Assembly: GCA_041571435.1 (NCBI GenBank)
Contig: JBFFUI010000002.1
Coordinates: 64,001 to 128,000, forward strand
Reading direction: 5' to 3'
DNA: 64,000 bases
Source of the DNA: Sulfurimonadaceae bacterium
GTDB lineage: Bacteria; Campylobacterota; Campylobacteria; Campylobacterales; Sulfurimonadaceae
A program made the translations under genes and the position numbers. This document shows, in pieces, positions 22,101-32,077 of this stretch; positions within the stretch are counted from its first letter, which is position 1; every line of letters starts with the position of its first letter. The notes beneath the pieces were generated by a model. It made no database searches. It was not told the DNA's origin and was given only the letters and a program-made list of their open reading frames with translations.

Positions 22101-22824
22101 TGTTGTCACACTGGACTGATGAGAGGTTGACATCGAATGTGTCCCCCGGAGTTGTCAGGTTTGTAGGGACGTTGACCGTGATCGTCTCAGTCGTATTACA
22201 TTCCGTATTAAACTGTACTGTACCCGTATCACTGAAATTAGCATCGTTGATGAACGTCACCGTAATGTCGTTCTCATATGGACAACGTGTGATATTGACA
22301 TTCAAATCGACTGTCGGCGTACCCAGTTTAATGTTTTTTGTTTCTGGGGAGATAGAGATTCTTGGAATAGTCTCCGGGACCAGTGTGACGTTCAAGTCAA
22401 AAGGCACTGCTGTCGCACTAGTGTCCGCGCCGACGAGCACATAAAGCGTATCGCCATTGATATAGACTTCGAAGCCATAGGTCGTTGACGTGGGCAGTGT
22501 CGGTAGTGTGGTCCTGTCTGCTGCAAGTACCACATCTGCATCTGTCCCGGCATTAAAGCTTACGTAGACCAGACCTGTCTCTGTCAGGTTAAACGTATAT
22601 GCTTCGTACTTGCTTTTTGTCACTGACCCGGTCAATGACGTCTGCTGTGTAGCCCCAACAAATACCCCTGTGCTGTTAAGATCGAAAGGGCCGTTCAGGT
22701 TGACTAGGGCGGCAGCCATAAGGGCTGCAGGTGTTATCAGCGATACTGTAAAGAACAATACCATGCTTTTAAATCTGTTTATCATCTGTATCAATAAAAT
22801 GAAAAATCTACTAAAAACTTCCAT
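19153..22824 (-). CDS. Large secreted MshQ-like adhesin with a DUF11 Ig-like domain
   Basis: Signal-like N-terminus, RBS GGGGAG; DUF11-like DMTVVK...INYTIDVTNQG...ATDVVVWD; T/S/D/N-rich, paired Cys; DNFAVRPD, FIPDHF, YGR and terminal RRIRW; first gene of the pilin operon. Confidence 0.75.
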   Translation of the reverse strand: MEVFSRFFILLIQMINRFKSMVLFFTVSLITPAALMAAALVNLNGPFDLNSTGVFVGATQQTSLTGSVTKSKYEAYTFNLTETGLVYVSFNAGTDADVVLAADRTTLPTLPTSTTYGFEVYINGDTLYVLVGADTSATAVPFDLNVTLVPETIPRISISPETKNIKLGTPTVDLNVNITRCPYENDITVTFINDANFSDTGTVQFNTECNTTETITVNVPTNLTTPGDTFDVNLSSVQCDNSECYIDPSVATLTLLSTISDMTVVKDAPKIKQVSTDINYTIDVTNQGAEAATDVVVWDIVSSSVTYIGYTAPAGWNCSYVTADRNLSCAYTGDFASGATDTITIEVTGPSTHTYVTNSAYVESSNDGDILNNISSIATEFVDTATADDLCYYDSGFDDQGSQNCTAIDSFYLGSNCTSFVSVGNQNPLKVVYYVNVKKVYTPPTTLGTCDSNADCGPFSDGTSNGYEYNATILNPFRSILATDIDTDASGVSSVSLYGSYMRDGLVFNGEIPPCSASYPSDSGAVTFGKVDVLDNFDEATYDNGAASVITTKVTEKPLAVDIVYLGENPDGAPEDFDGTPFAMILELAEIDPATGLYSKLSPLKYPDGTLVTAQIDKTSKNVVATSSTGSFTIPKASRDAKIAARYNILSSTLSAQEEQCILRASKNGNLAEISACFNSESRLEEVFINTADTCLNIWTASNGQPYGPCSSNAGNSGFPYIAPFDSEPACLSCLVGPEIQALSKDNFAVRPDRYDISSSEISYPDLLRAGKDYNITIVAYDYIDENTSSYDQSIANLDDNVTKYGSDGVIHNTLAGSTTGNLSGGGNFVNGVTVTPAVYNYNEVGHITIDLVDANWSEVDFDDTPMTCNPDGAYVCGNVDVMFIPDHFKVIVDLNNSSNGFTYLSNDANMTPHMHVQIWAENENNATTVNFTDVPLFGYEHNVTVLMTVPTPAGLPTIEHEISTAKLIGFTDGYRDLNWNESNETLAFWFNYIRQTNKPVNPFRVFGSDVIVDVNSNYTGTAPEGTANIAGTDSDDENLTFVYGRSHMPRTRAMCTGAPCAGNVTFFYEFYGDKGAADYNQTLITDLLGTSPKRSVDSVNWYRNTLHNTATDGNVTFSTQNIPDGGITPVFTHSTQTTSASYSYDGSKGFPYKGTVTVPSSLTAGTQSWLIYDKYKPDPATEIRGELEYYGPGSWSSDTGAAESVKDSSGKKNRNTNRRIRW

Positions 22825-23022
22825 TTTTTCTCCCCTTATTTAAGGTATATTGCATTTTTTCTATTGACAACTCTGCCAATTTTTCAGTATATGATATTTT
22901 ATATTGGTTTACACTTAAATTTTATATATAAAAGCCTTATCATACGGAGATATTAAAAAAATATTTGCACATGTAGATAAAAATAAATATTGCTATATTT
23001 AGCTGGGGATTTAGTAGTATTT

Positions 23023-23048
23023 TACACAGTAGAGACTTCTACTGTGTA
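23023..23048. terminator. 11-bp stem hairpin downstream of the beta-barrel gene
   Basis: tacacagtaga-gact-tctactgtgta; no clear U tract. Confidence 0.5.
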
Positions 23049-23059
23049 GGAAGAGACGA

Positions 23060-23674
23060 TTAATATTCGCCTGTAAATTTGAAGACGATCGAACCGTATG
23101 CTTCGTACATATTGTCAATAGTGTAGGTGTCATTATCTGAGAAGACATGTTTTGCGCGCACACCAAGTTCAATACCCAGGTTGTCGATGAGATCGATGTT
23201 TGCACCCACTTGGGCACCACCATAACCGTTTTGGTTTGTTTCACTATACGTTGTTCCTGTTGAGTCATCCTCGAATGTTGAAACGATACCACCACCGTTA
23301 AGACCCATGAAAATATTGAAATGCTCACCGGCACGGATCAGGTAGTCGACCTGCAGACCCAGTGACATCGCTGTTGATGCAGTTGTATTTGGCGCATCAA
23401 GCTGGTAGTATGTACCGGCCAGAAACAGTCTGTAGTGTTTTGACTCGCCCCCCAGTTTCACTGACGCTGAAGCAGCAGCTGATGTCTCATCTACAGCGAG
23501 AATCGTCGTACCCGGAGTCGTCGTCGTGTCTCTATAGGAAAGGTCTGCAGAACCTGCAGCACCCTCAATCGCGATCAAACCTTTTGCATCCCACTCGTTA
23601 GCAAAATAATTTTCACCAGCACTTGCATTAACAGCCGCAAGCAAAATCGCTGAACTTAAGACTTTTTTCAACAT
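23060..23674 (-). CDS. Small outer-membrane beta-barrel protein
   Basis: Signal peptide, alternating hydrophobic strands (IELGVRAKHVF, YGSIVFKF), C-terminal aromatic residue. Confidence 0.75.
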   Translation of the reverse strand: MLKKVLSSAILLAAVNASAGENYFANEWDAKGLIAIEGAAGSADLSYRDTTTTPGTTILAVDETSAAASASVKLGGESKHYRLFLAGTYYQLDAPNTTASTAMSLGLQVDYLIRAGEHFNIFMGLNGGGIVSTFEDDSTGTTYSETNQNGYGGAQVGANIDLIDNLGIELGVRAKHVFSDNDTYTIDNMYEAYGSIVFKFTGEY

Positions 23675-23824
23675 TTATTACCCTTTGTATTTAGATATTT
23701 GTGACAATATCACTTCATTATGTTACTGATTATAGCGCCTTCGGATTTAACTATTCTTAAAAGTTATACAAATTTTATCGATATACACGATATTGTTGAT
23801 TTTTACGTTAAAAAGTGAACCCAA

Positions 23825-24988
23825 TTACCCCTGCTCGACAATGTTTTTCGCAACAGCTACGGCCGAACTAAAGGCCCACTGGAAGTTGTACCCACCCAGT
23901 TCACCGGTGACATCAAGTACTTCACCGGCGAAATAGAGCCCTTCTGTCAGGTTGCTCTCCAGACTCCAGCTGTTGATGTCTTCTGTTCTGACACCGCCTT
24001 TGCAGACCTCTGCTTTGCTGAAACCGTAGCTGCCTGCCGGCGCGAAGGTGTAGTGGTGCAGCGCCTTTGCCAGCATCTCCAACTCTTCATCTTTATAGGT
24101 GATGCAGGGTCTGTCCTTGACCCCAAGTTCACCTAAAAGTCCCTGCATAAACCGCTTGGGCAGCGGCAGTGCCGTAGAGAGCAGTTTGCGGTTATTGTGC
24201 ATGAGCGCAGGCAACTCTTCCCCCGGCAGAAAATTGATCGTGATTTCGCCACGTTCCCAATAGAGCGATGCACTGAGTATGACCGGGCCGCTCAGACCGC
24301 GATGTGTCATCAGCATATCTTCACTCAATACCTTCTCTGCTACATGGACTTCAGCCGGGAAACTGATGCCGCTGAGCTCTTTCATCCAGAACTCTTTTGC
24401 CTGCAGGGTCAGACCCGCCAACGCAGGTGCATAAGGTTTGACACTATGTCCAAAACTGCGGGCAAGCTCAAGACCGATCGCACTCGCACCCAGCGATGCA
24501 AAACTTTTTGCACCTGTTGCGATGACCGCCTTTTTTGCCTTGTAGTGTCCCCGGTCCGTTGTAAGTTCAAAGCAGTCTGACTTTGTCAATGCGATGATCT
24601 TTGTGTTGAGCAGATACTTTGTCTTCCGGCTTGCCGTGGCTAAAATGTCGATAATCTCATCGGAACTTTCGGCGCAGAAATAGTACTGCTCTTTTCTTAT
24701 GACCGGTTGCAGGCCTCTCTGCTGCAGCCACAAAAGCAGATCCTCTTTGGAAAACTGTGAAAAAACAGATTCGATCAGCTGTTCGTCCCCAAGATAGTTG
24801 TTGGCACTGACATTGACGTTCGTGATATTGCACTTGCCGCCGCCGGAGATCTTCAGTTTTTTAGCTGCTTTTTCATTGCCTTCTACAACCAGTACCGAGA
24901 ATTCGCTCGATTCATTAAGCTGTGCGGCACACATCATCCCGCTAGCACCAGCACCCAGAATCATCACATCATATATTTTTTCTGACAC
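23825..24988 (-). CDS. HI0933/YhiN-family flavoprotein
   Basis: GAGASG, KLKISGGGKCNITN, THRGLSGP, GEVLDVTGELGGYNFQWA. Confidence 0.95.
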   Translation of the reverse strand: MSEKIYDVMILGAGASGMMCAAQLNESSEFSVLVVEGNEKAAKKLKISGGGKCNITNVNVSANNYLGDEQLIESVFSQFSKEDLLLWLQQRGLQPVIRKEQYYFCAESSDEIIDILATASRKTKYLLNTKIIALTKSDCFELTTDRGHYKAKKAVIATGAKSFASLGASAIGLELARSFGHSVKPYAPALAGLTLQAKEFWMKELSGISFPAEVHVAEKVLSEDMLMTHRGLSGPVILSASLYWERGEITINFLPGEELPALMHNNRKLLSTALPLPKRFMQGLLGELGVKDRPCITYKDEELEMLAKALHHYTFAPAGSYGFSKAEVCKGGVRTEDINSWSLESNLTEGLYFAGEVLDVTGELGGYNFQWAFSSAVAVAKNIVEQG

Positions 24989-25170
24989 ACATACCCCATC
25001 GCTTTAGTGCTGCTATTTTAACTAAAAGTGCGGAAGATTGTAAGTGAATGGATCCGGCATCCATAAGAGCACACCCCTTTTTTAAAATCCGTATGGCACG
25101 TCAGCGACCCATAATCTATGTTATAATTCGCGTATTAAAAAGGGGCAAAAAAATGCCCTCAAGGACATAA

Positions 25171-26490
25171 ATGAGTAACAAACTACACATCGTCTCGCTT
25201 GGATGTAACAAAAACCTTGTTGACACAGAGGTGATGCTCGGACGGTTAAAAGCGTATGAGATGACGGATAATGCTACTGAAGCTGACGTTATCATCGTCA
25301 ACACCTGCGGCTTTATCGATGCGGCCAAAGAGGAGTCTATCAACACCATGTTAACCCTCGATGCGGGTCGCAAAGAGGACTCTGTTCTGGTGATGGCAGG
25401 CTGTATGAGCGAACGTTACAGTGAAGAGCTCTCCAAAGAGCTGACAGAGGTCGATATCTTTACCGGTGTCGGCGACTATGCCAACATCGACAAACTACTG
25501 GCTGAACGCGAAAGCCGATTCAGCGATGCCGTTTACCTCATCGACGGTGAAGAGCGTGTAGTCACGGGCTCAACCTATCATGCCTACATCAAAATCTCGG
25601 AAGGGTGCAACCAGAGCTGTTCGTTTTGTGCAATTCCCTCATTTAAAGGCAAGCTGAATTCGCGCAACCTTGACAGTATTGCCAATGAGGTCGAACGTCT
25701 GGTCGCGCAGGGTTATTACGACTTCAGCTTTATCTCTCAGGACTCAAGCTCGTTTCTGCGTGATCAAAATATAAAAGACGGTCTTATCCATCTGATAAAA
25801 CGTATTGAACTGATCGATGGGGTCAAGAGTGCCCGTATTTTGTACCTCTACCCCAGCACGACCAGCATGAAACTGCTCCAGGAGATCGCAAAATCAAAAC
25901 TATTCCATAACTATTTCGACATGCCGATTCAGCACATCAACGACGATATGCTTCGCATGATGAAGCGCGGTTTTGGCAAAGAGAAGACGCTTGAACAGCT
26001 CAACTACATGCGTTCTTTGCCAGACTCCTTTGTCCGGACCACCTTTATCGTCGGTCATCCCGGGGAAACAGAGGCGATGTTCGACGAGCTCTGCGACTTC
26101 GTCAAAGCGTTCGGCTTTGACCGTGCAAACGTCTTTGGCTACTCTGATGAAGAGGGGACATCTGCCTACGAGGCAGATGAGAAACTGCCTCAGGAAATTA
26201 TCGACGAACGGGCAGATATCCTGGGGGCGATCTGCGCTGAAGCCGAGATGGCATCCTTGCAAGCCGAGATCGGAAAAGAGATCGAGCTGATCATCGACGG
26301 CGAAAGTGACGAACACGAGTTCCTTCTCTCTGCCCGCAAGACCATCTGGGCACCGGAGATCGACGGCGAGATCTATATCAATGACAAGAGCATTGATGAA
26401 GAGCTGGAGTTTGGCCACATCTACAGAGCGAAAGTGACAGGCATCGTCGGTACGACATTGACAGCCACTGTCATCGGGCATGCTGAATAA
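25171..26490 (+). CDS. rimO: Ribosomal protein S12 methylthiotransferase
   Basis: SLGCNKNLVD, NTCGFI..AK.ES, radical SAM CNQSCSFC, APEIDG. Confidence 0.95.
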   Translation: MSNKLHIVSLGCNKNLVDTEVMLGRLKAYEMTDNATEADVIIVNTCGFIDAAKEESINTMLTLDAGRKEDSVLVMAGCMSERYSEELSKELTEVDIFTGVGDYANIDKLLAERESRFSDAVYLIDGEERVVTGSTYHAYIKISEGCNQSCSFCAIPSFKGKLNSRNLDSIANEVERLVAQGYYDFSFISQDSSSFLRDQNIKDGLIHLIKRIELIDGVKSARILYLYPSTTSMKLLQEIAKSKLFHNYFDMPIQHINDDMLRMMKRGFGKEKTLEQLNYMRSLPDSFVRTTFIVGHPGETEAMFDELCDFVKAFGFDRANVFGYSDEEGTSAYEADEKLPQEIIDERADILGAICAEAEMASLQAEIGKEIELIIDGESDEHEFLLSARKTIWAPEIDGEIYINDKSIDEELEFGHIYRAKVTGIVGTTLTATVIGHAE

Positions 26491-27493
26491 CAACACCCTC
26501 CCCATTCTACAAGAAGGTAAAAACCTTCTTGCCTTCTCAGGCGGTGTAGACTCCTCTGCCCTCTTTTTTCTACTGCAGCAGGCCGGAATTGATTTTGATC
26601 TTGCGATTGTGGATTATCAGATGCGCGACCAGTCTGTTCAGGAGGTGGCCTATGCACACGCTCTCGCTACAGAGTTTCATAAAGAGTGCTACACCTTAGA
26701 GACCCTGCTCTCTGAGCAGAACTTCGAAGCGACTGCCCGCAATGTTCGCTATGATTTTTTTGAATCGCTCATTGGTGAGCATGGTTATACCAACCTTATC
26801 ACCGCCCACCAGCTCGATGATCGTCTGGAGTGGCTGCTGATGCAGTTGGGCAAAGGGGCAGGTCTTTATGAGCTGCTGGGTATGTCTGTCATCGAGAAGC
26901 GCAAAAACTACCGTTTAGTACGCCCTCTGCTTGAAACGACCAGAGAGCAGATCAATAACTACCTCAAAGACAACTGCATCCGATATTTTGAGGATGAGAG
27001 CAACAGCGATGAAAAGTACAAACGCAATTTTTTCCGTCACAACCTTGCCACACCGCTGCTTGAGAAATACGCCAAAGGGATCAAAAAAAGTTTCAGATAC
27101 CTCGATGAAGACCTGACCGAACGCATAGAACAGGAGATCGATGTACAACGTGTTCAACAGCTTTACTATTTTGAACGTCCCGTTTCACGACGCAGCTCTG
27201 TCATTGCTGTTGACCGCCTTTTAAAAGCACTGGGATTCCTGATGCGTCAAGGGGACAAAGAGATGCTGAAAACAGCTGACGAGCATGTCGTCGGACGCCA
27301 ATATGTTGTCAGTTTCCATCCGAACTACTGTTTTGTAGCACCCTACCTGGCAGACGAAATGCCAAAAGCATTCAGAGAGAAGTGTCGTCTTCTAAATGTA
27401 CCCAAAAAACTTAGGCCCTATCTCTATACCAATACAGAGGCCTTTGAATGCGTCGAGTCACTGCTAAACGACTCTAAACCTTGTAAATGCTGA
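26480..27493 (+). CDS. tilS: tRNA(Ile)-lysidine synthetase
   Basis: PP-loop SGGVDS, E..AR..RY, TAHQLDD, RPLL, DESN...RN. Confidence 0.93.
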   Translation: MLNNNTLPILQEGKNLLAFSGGVDSSALFFLLQQAGIDFDLAIVDYQMRDQSVQEVAYAHALATEFHKECYTLETLLSEQNFEATARNVRYDFFESLIGEHGYTNLITAHQLDDRLEWLLMQLGKGAGLYELLGMSVIEKRKNYRLVRPLLETTREQINNYLKDNCIRYFEDESNSDEKYKRNFFRHNLATPLLEKYAKGIKKSFRYLDEDLTERIEQEIDVQRVQQLYYFERPVSRRSSVIAVDRLLKALGFLMRQGDKEMLKTADEHVVGRQYVVSFHPNYCFVAPYLADEMPKAFREKCRLLNVPKKLRPYLYTNTEAFECVESLLNDSKPCKC

Positions 27494-27528
27494 TGAGTCT
27501 TTTCAGTCGATTTCATCCATAGTCGTTT

Positions 27529-28035
27529 TTACTTAACGGTTCGCACCTTCAACTTAAAATGGGTATCGATCCCATTTTCTACCCCTTTAAATAGGAGGGT
27601 ACCGTCAACCTCCGCCACCCATTCAAACAGATTTAATGCATCGATAAAACGATAATAGTCTGTCGGTGTTGCAATCGTTGCACGGACTGCTATCATCTCC
27701 ATCTGGTAAGGCCCGCTCTTTTCACTGATAACGCTGCGAAGGGAAAACGATGCAAAGTACTGCTTTAAGTAGCTTTCGAATTGATCCACGTCAAAATGTC
27801 TATGGAGCGCCATATCGATGTTTTTTTCTCGCTCCTGCAGGTTTTGCAGTTGTGCATAATACTTCTCAAACTCTTTTTCGGCACTCTCAAGGTCGGCACT
27901 GTCTTGCATCAGATCTATGTTGAGTGCACGGTAAGCTTTGATCTTGGGCGTAAAGACATAAAATCCGAAGACGACAATTACACTCGAAAGTACAAAAAGC
28001 AGAATTATGGAGCCGAATGAAGCGAATTTACTCAT
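27529..28035 (-). CDS. PilO-like bitopic membrane protein
   Basis: From ATG 28035: one N-terminal TM, coiled coil, alpha/beta domain; third gene of a PilM/N/O-like trio. Confidence 0.6.
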   Translation of the reverse strand: MSKFASFGSIILLFVLSSVIVVFGFYVFTPKIKAYRALNIDLMQDSADLESAEKEFEKYYAQLQNLQEREKNIDMALHRHFDVDQFESYLKQYFASFSLRSVISEKSGPYQMEMIAVRATIATPTDYYRFIDALNLFEWVAEVDGTLLFKGVENGIDTHFKLKVRTVK

Positions 28036-28540
28036 TTTCTGCCTCCATAACCGAGATGTTGTTAAAGCCGTAGCGACCATCTTCCAATACTGTAAACTGT
28101 GTTGAACTTCGGGCGAAGAGAGATGCCAGGGAGCGTTGCAAGGTGTTGTTGAAATGTTCTTCACTGACAGTCGTCCCTTTCAGGCGTAGCGTGTTCTCCC
28201 GGAATTCGGCAAGTTCCAGCACCACGCCATCAGGAACAAGGTCAAAGAAGTTCTTGACATTCTCTTTGTTGAGTCTGTTTTTAGTACTGATCTCCTCACG
28301 GAGTTTTTCAAGTTTCTGCAGTCGTTGTATTTCGGAAAGAACACGCTGCTGCTCGTTTTTGACCGTCTGCGTCTTGTTTGTCACCTCTGCCAGCGCTTGT
28401 TCATAGGATGCAATAGCACTGTTTAAAAAGAGTGCGCTTGCAGACATAATAATAACAAGAACAGCAAATGTGGACAGTAGCCATGTCAGCTCTGCTCCAA
28501 GGACTTTTTTCTGTCGTGGCGGTATGAAGCTATGTCTCAT
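28028..28540 (-). CDS. PilN-like protein
   Basis: HSFIPPRQK, TM, coiled coil, then FFDLVPDGVVL...LRLKG. Confidence 0.75.
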   Translation of the reverse strand: MRHSFIPPRQKKVLGAELTWLLSTFAVLVIIMSASALFLNSAIASYEQALAEVTNKTQTVKNEQQRVLSEIQRLQKLEKLREEISTKNRLNKENVKNFFDLVPDGVVLELAEFRENTLRLKGTTVSEEHFNNTLQRSLASLFARSSTQFTVLEDGRYGFNNISVMEAENE

Positions 28541-29316
28541 GCAAGCTCCTTTTCGCTTAACAGAACAAGTTGGTGCGCAAGATCGATATGCTGTCTTTCG
28601 ACCTCGACAAACAGTGCCTCTTCAAGACGGTTCTCCAGCTCGGTATCGAAGTTTGCTCCATCAGCCATAAAGACCTTCTCAATAAACATCGTCTCGTCCA
28701 CTTTGGCATCGTAAAAGGCTTTGACTGCCGCTTGTATCTTCTCGACGTAGACATCCACCACCTTTGTTTCATCGACCAGTGAGAGCGCCTCATGCATCTG
28801 TATCTGTTCACCATAGATCATAACACTCTCTTTAAAAACAGCACTGACGATAAGATCACCGGTAATCAGCAGGAAAAGGCCGTCACGCTCTTTCAGTACC
28901 TGTTCGAAAAAGTCATACAACAGTGAGAAGGGAGAGAAGATAAAGTCCAGACCGATTGTCTTGAACTGTTTTTGTCGTTCAAAGAGGTCATCTTTGTCCA
29001 TATAGAGACCCCAACGCTCGTCCATGCAGATTTGGTCGACACTGCTCAGCTCTACTCCCTGCGCATCTCTGCAGTTCGACAAAAGGCCCTGGGCCGCTTC
29101 TGTCTCCAACAGCGCAACATAGTTCAGGCCACACTCTTTTTCAAACGTTCTGATTCTCTTTTCCAACGCCGAGAGCTCTGCAATATTCTCTTCATCAAAC
29201 CGTTTTTTCAGTTTCCCTTTTTTACGCAGCTCGGCATATAGACGGACACCTTCAGACGACGGGAGCAGCGTGATAAACAGTGTTGGCAAAAAAGCTTCAA
29301 GAAATTTCATCATCAT
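28537..29316 (-). CDS. PilM-like (degenerate actin-fold) protein
   Basis: Soluble, [12 protein letters not shown], upstream of the PilN-like gene; position matches the cluster recalled downstream of miaB-lpxJ in Campylobacter/Helicobacter. Confidence 0.55.
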   Translation of the reverse strand: MMMKFLEAFLPTLFITLLPSSEGVRLYAELRKKGKLKKRFDEENIAELSALEKRIRTFEKECGLNYVALLETEAAQGLLSNCRDAQGVELSSVDQICMDERWGLYMDKDDLFERQKQFKTIGLDFIFSPFSLLYDFFEQVLKERDGLFLLITGDLIVSAVFKESVMIYGEQIQMHEALSLVDETKVVDVYVEKIQAAVKAFYDAKVDETMFIEKVFMADGANFDTELENRLEEALFVEVERQHIDLAHQLVLLSEKELA

Positions 29317-30142
29317 CCTGACATAAAGGGTGTGCTTTTAGATAGTTTTGCAGCTTAACACTGCTGCCCAACTTCGTGTAGATCTGTGTTGTAGACATCG
29401 AAGCGTGCCCTAAAAGTTCACTGACGTCTGCAATCCGTGCGCTGTTGTTTAAAAGTGCCGTTGCATACGAGTGGCGCAATTGATGCGGCGTCACTTTCAG
29501 ACCGACGCGCTTGAAACACTTAGTCACCAGATATCTTAGACTATTTTCACTTAAGCGTTCCCCCTCTAATTCAAAGAGAAATGTCTGCGGTCTTGTCTCT
29601 TTCAGGTGCTTTTTGACAAGGGTGTACGTCGATGCCAGCATCGGTACATCCCGACTTTTCTGTCCCTTACCCATCACACGGACCCATTCGCCGGAGATGT
29701 CGTTCAATGATAAAGATGAGAGCTCTGAGATACGAAGGCCAAGCGTATAGAGCAGCGTGACGACGACCTGTTCTTTCAACGGCGCATGGGCAAGCGCCTC
29801 TTTAATATGCGCATCGCTGATCGGTTTGGGAAGTGATGCAGGCACCTTGATGCTCTCGTCCGCCTTGAGTGAGACTTTTTCGCCCTGTTCGTCCAGGTAG
29901 GCACAGAAACTGCGCATGGCTGAGATCTTTTTAGCGATGGTCGTCGGTTTCAGATGGGCGATGTGCAGACGGTAGGGCATGAGGTTGAGCGTCGTATGCC
30001 CATTCTCTTCTTCAAGCTCCAAAAAAGAGAAGGCCTCTTTCAGTGCTTCGTCATAACTTTTAAGTGTTAGATCGGAGTAGCCTCTGAACTTTTCCAGATA
30101 GCGTAAAAACGCCTTTCGGTAATCGTCCAGACTCTTTTTCAT
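29297..30142 (-). CDS. XerC/D-like tyrosine recombinase
   Basis: GLRISEL, GKGQKSR, HQLRH, LLGH, TTQIYT; SAM-like N-terminus (RGYSDLT..SY). Confidence 0.92.
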   Translation of the reverse strand: MKKSLDDYRKAFLRYLEKFRGYSDLTLKSYDEALKEAFSFLELEEENGHTTLNLMPYRLHIAHLKPTTIAKKISAMRSFCAYLDEQGEKVSLKADESIKVPASLPKPISDAHIKEALAHAPLKEQVVVTLLYTLGLRISELSSLSLNDISGEWVRVMGKGQKSRDVPMLASTYTLVKKHLKETRPQTFLFELEGERLSENSLRYLVTKCFKRVGLKVTPHQLRHSYATALLNNSARIADVSELLGHASMSTTQIYTKLGSSVKLQNYLKAHPLCQDDDEIS

Positions 30143-30144
30143 GA

Positions 30145-30768
30145 TCAATAATCGTGAAGCAGCATCTGCTCTTTGATCAACGCTCTTGCTTCGTCTCGCT
30201 CCATTCCTGTTATGTCAATGGGCTCCGAAGCGTAAAGGTCGACCTGTGTAAACGGTTTTGGAATCGTAAACCTGTCCCAGCTGTTAAGCTGCCAGTACTC
30301 TTTCGGGACACAAGAGAGCACCACGATCTTGCTGTTGGTCTTTTGTGCCATGACGATGATGCCGTCTGCGACTTCATGTCGGGGTCCTTTCGGGCCGTCA
30401 GGCGTAATCCCGACGTCACCGCCGCTTTTAAGTACCTTCATCGCAGCTATCAGTACCTTTGCACCGCTTCGGGTACTGGAACCATGGATACTTTTGAGCT
30501 TCAGGAAACTGTTGGTCTTTGCAATGATCTTGCCGTCAAAATGCTCGCTGATCACAACACTGACGTCAGGCTTTTCACGCAGTTTGAAATAGATAAAGGG
30601 AATGAAGAAAAGGTCACCGTGCCAAAATGCCGCTATGATAGGCTCTTCAGGAACACTCTTGGGAAGATGAAAGACCTTTTTACTGCTGATGTAAAAAAGA
30701 CGGATCAGGAGTGCGGCAACAGGCGGTATCGCAAAGAGAGCCAGTGCACGCAGCAGACGTTTACGCAA
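30145..30768 (-). CDS. lpxJ: DUF374 lipid A acyltransferase (LpxJ-like)
   Basis: [36 protein letters not shown]. Confidence 0.8.
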   Translation of the reverse strand: MRKRLLRALALFAIPPVAALLIRLFYISSKKVFHLPKSVPEEPIIAAFWHGDLFFIPFIYFKLREKPDVSVVISEHFDGKIIAKTNSFLKLKSIHGSSTRSGAKVLIAAMKVLKSGGDVGITPDGPKGPRHEVADGIIVMAQKTNSKIVVLSCVPKEYWQLNSWDRFTIPKPFTQVDLYASEPIDITGMERDEARALIKEQMLLHDY

Positions 30769-32062
30769 GAAGCTCTCCGGTGAGGCTCATCCTTGCAGAA
30801 GAAGTTATCCTGACATTTCGTGTCTGGCCCAGAAGCTCTTCGGAGCCTTTTACCTTGACCAGAAAGTTATTGCTGCTTCTACCGGCGACATACCCTTCGG
30901 AGCGGAGCTCTTCAAAATAGACCTCATGTACTTTACCTACCTGATCGAGCATCACTTTGTCGACAACCGTGTCCTGCAATGCCTGCAGTCTGTGCAGACG
31001 CTCTGAAGCCACTTCACTGTCAACAGCGTTTGTATATTCCGCCGCTTCGGTCAAAGGACGTGGCGAATACTTAAAGCTAAACATCTGCTCAAACTGCACC
31101 GCTTCAGCCACATTCATCGTATCTTCGAAGTCCGCATCAGTCTCGCCCGGAAAACCGACGATGATGTCTGTGCTGATACTGACATCCGGGGCCATCTCAC
31201 GGAGTTTGGCCACACGATTTAGAAACCACTCCTGGCTATAACCGCGCTTCATCGCTTTCAATATCTCTGTCGAGCCGCTCTGCAGCGGTACATGCATCGA
31301 CTTGCAGATCTTAGGATTGCGTGCGAACTCTTCGATAAACTCGTCATCCATATGCAACGGGTGAGGTGAGGTAAATCGGATACGCTCCAGTCCCTCTACG
31401 GCACTGACAAGACGCAGCAGTTCGGTAAAGTTGATCTTCGCGTGTTCACCCGAAAAACGGCGCCCGTAATTGTTGACGTTCTGCCCCAGCAAAAAGACCT
31501 CTTTAGCGCCTGTTTCCACGGCCTTTTGCACCTCTTTTACGATCAGGTCCGCCGGGATGGATATCTCGTCACCGCGTGTTTTCGGGACGATGCAGAAGGT
31601 ACAGCTCTTGTCACAACCGATCGAGATGTTGATAAAGGCTTTAAACGGAGACGAACGAAAATCTTTAAACGCAAAATCGGACTCATCATAGTTGATGTCA
31701 ATCTCAACCGATTTGTCTTTCTCGACGACCTGGCCGATCTTGGAGACATTACGTGCGCCAAGTACAAAGTTGACATACGGTGCGCGTTTGATGATATCTT
31801 TACCGAGATGTGATGCCGTACAACCGGCAACACCGATCTTGGCACCCTCTTTTTTGTTTTTGTTGAAAACACCGAGTTCTGAGAAGAGTTTGTGGACCGG
31901 GCGTTCACGTACCGAACAAGTGTTGATGATAATGAGATCTGCTTCTTCAGCGTTCTCGGTGAGCTCATAAGGCTCTTTCGCATTGAGCTCGGCGATCATG
32001 TGTTCGCTGTCTCGAACATTCATCTGACAGCCAAGGGTCTCGATAAACAGTTTTTTAGACAT
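30761..32062 (-). CDS. miaB: tRNA-i6A37 methylthiotransferase
   Basis: [37 protein letters not shown]. Confidence 0.97.
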   Translation of the reverse strand: MSKKLFIETLGCQMNVRDSEHMIAELNAKEPYELTENAEEADLIIINTCSVRERPVHKLFSELGVFNKNKKEGAKIGVAGCTASHLGKDIIKRAPYVNFVLGARNVSKIGQVVEKDKSVEIDINYDESDFAFKDFRSSPFKAFINISIGCDKSCTFCIVPKTRGDEISIPADLIVKEVQKAVETGAKEVFLLGQNVNNYGRRFSGEHAKINFTELLRLVSAVEGLERIRFTSPHPLHMDDEFIEEFARNPKICKSMHVPLQSGSTEILKAMKRGYSQEWFLNRVAKLREMAPDVSISTDIIVGFPGETDADFEDTMNVAEAVQFEQMFSFKYSPRPLTEAAEYTNAVDSEVASERLHRLQALQDTVVDKVMLDQVGKVHEVYFEELRSEGYVAGRSSNNFLVKVKGSEELLGQTRNVRITSSARMSLTGELLA

Positions 32063-32077
32063 TAATCCAATGACACC

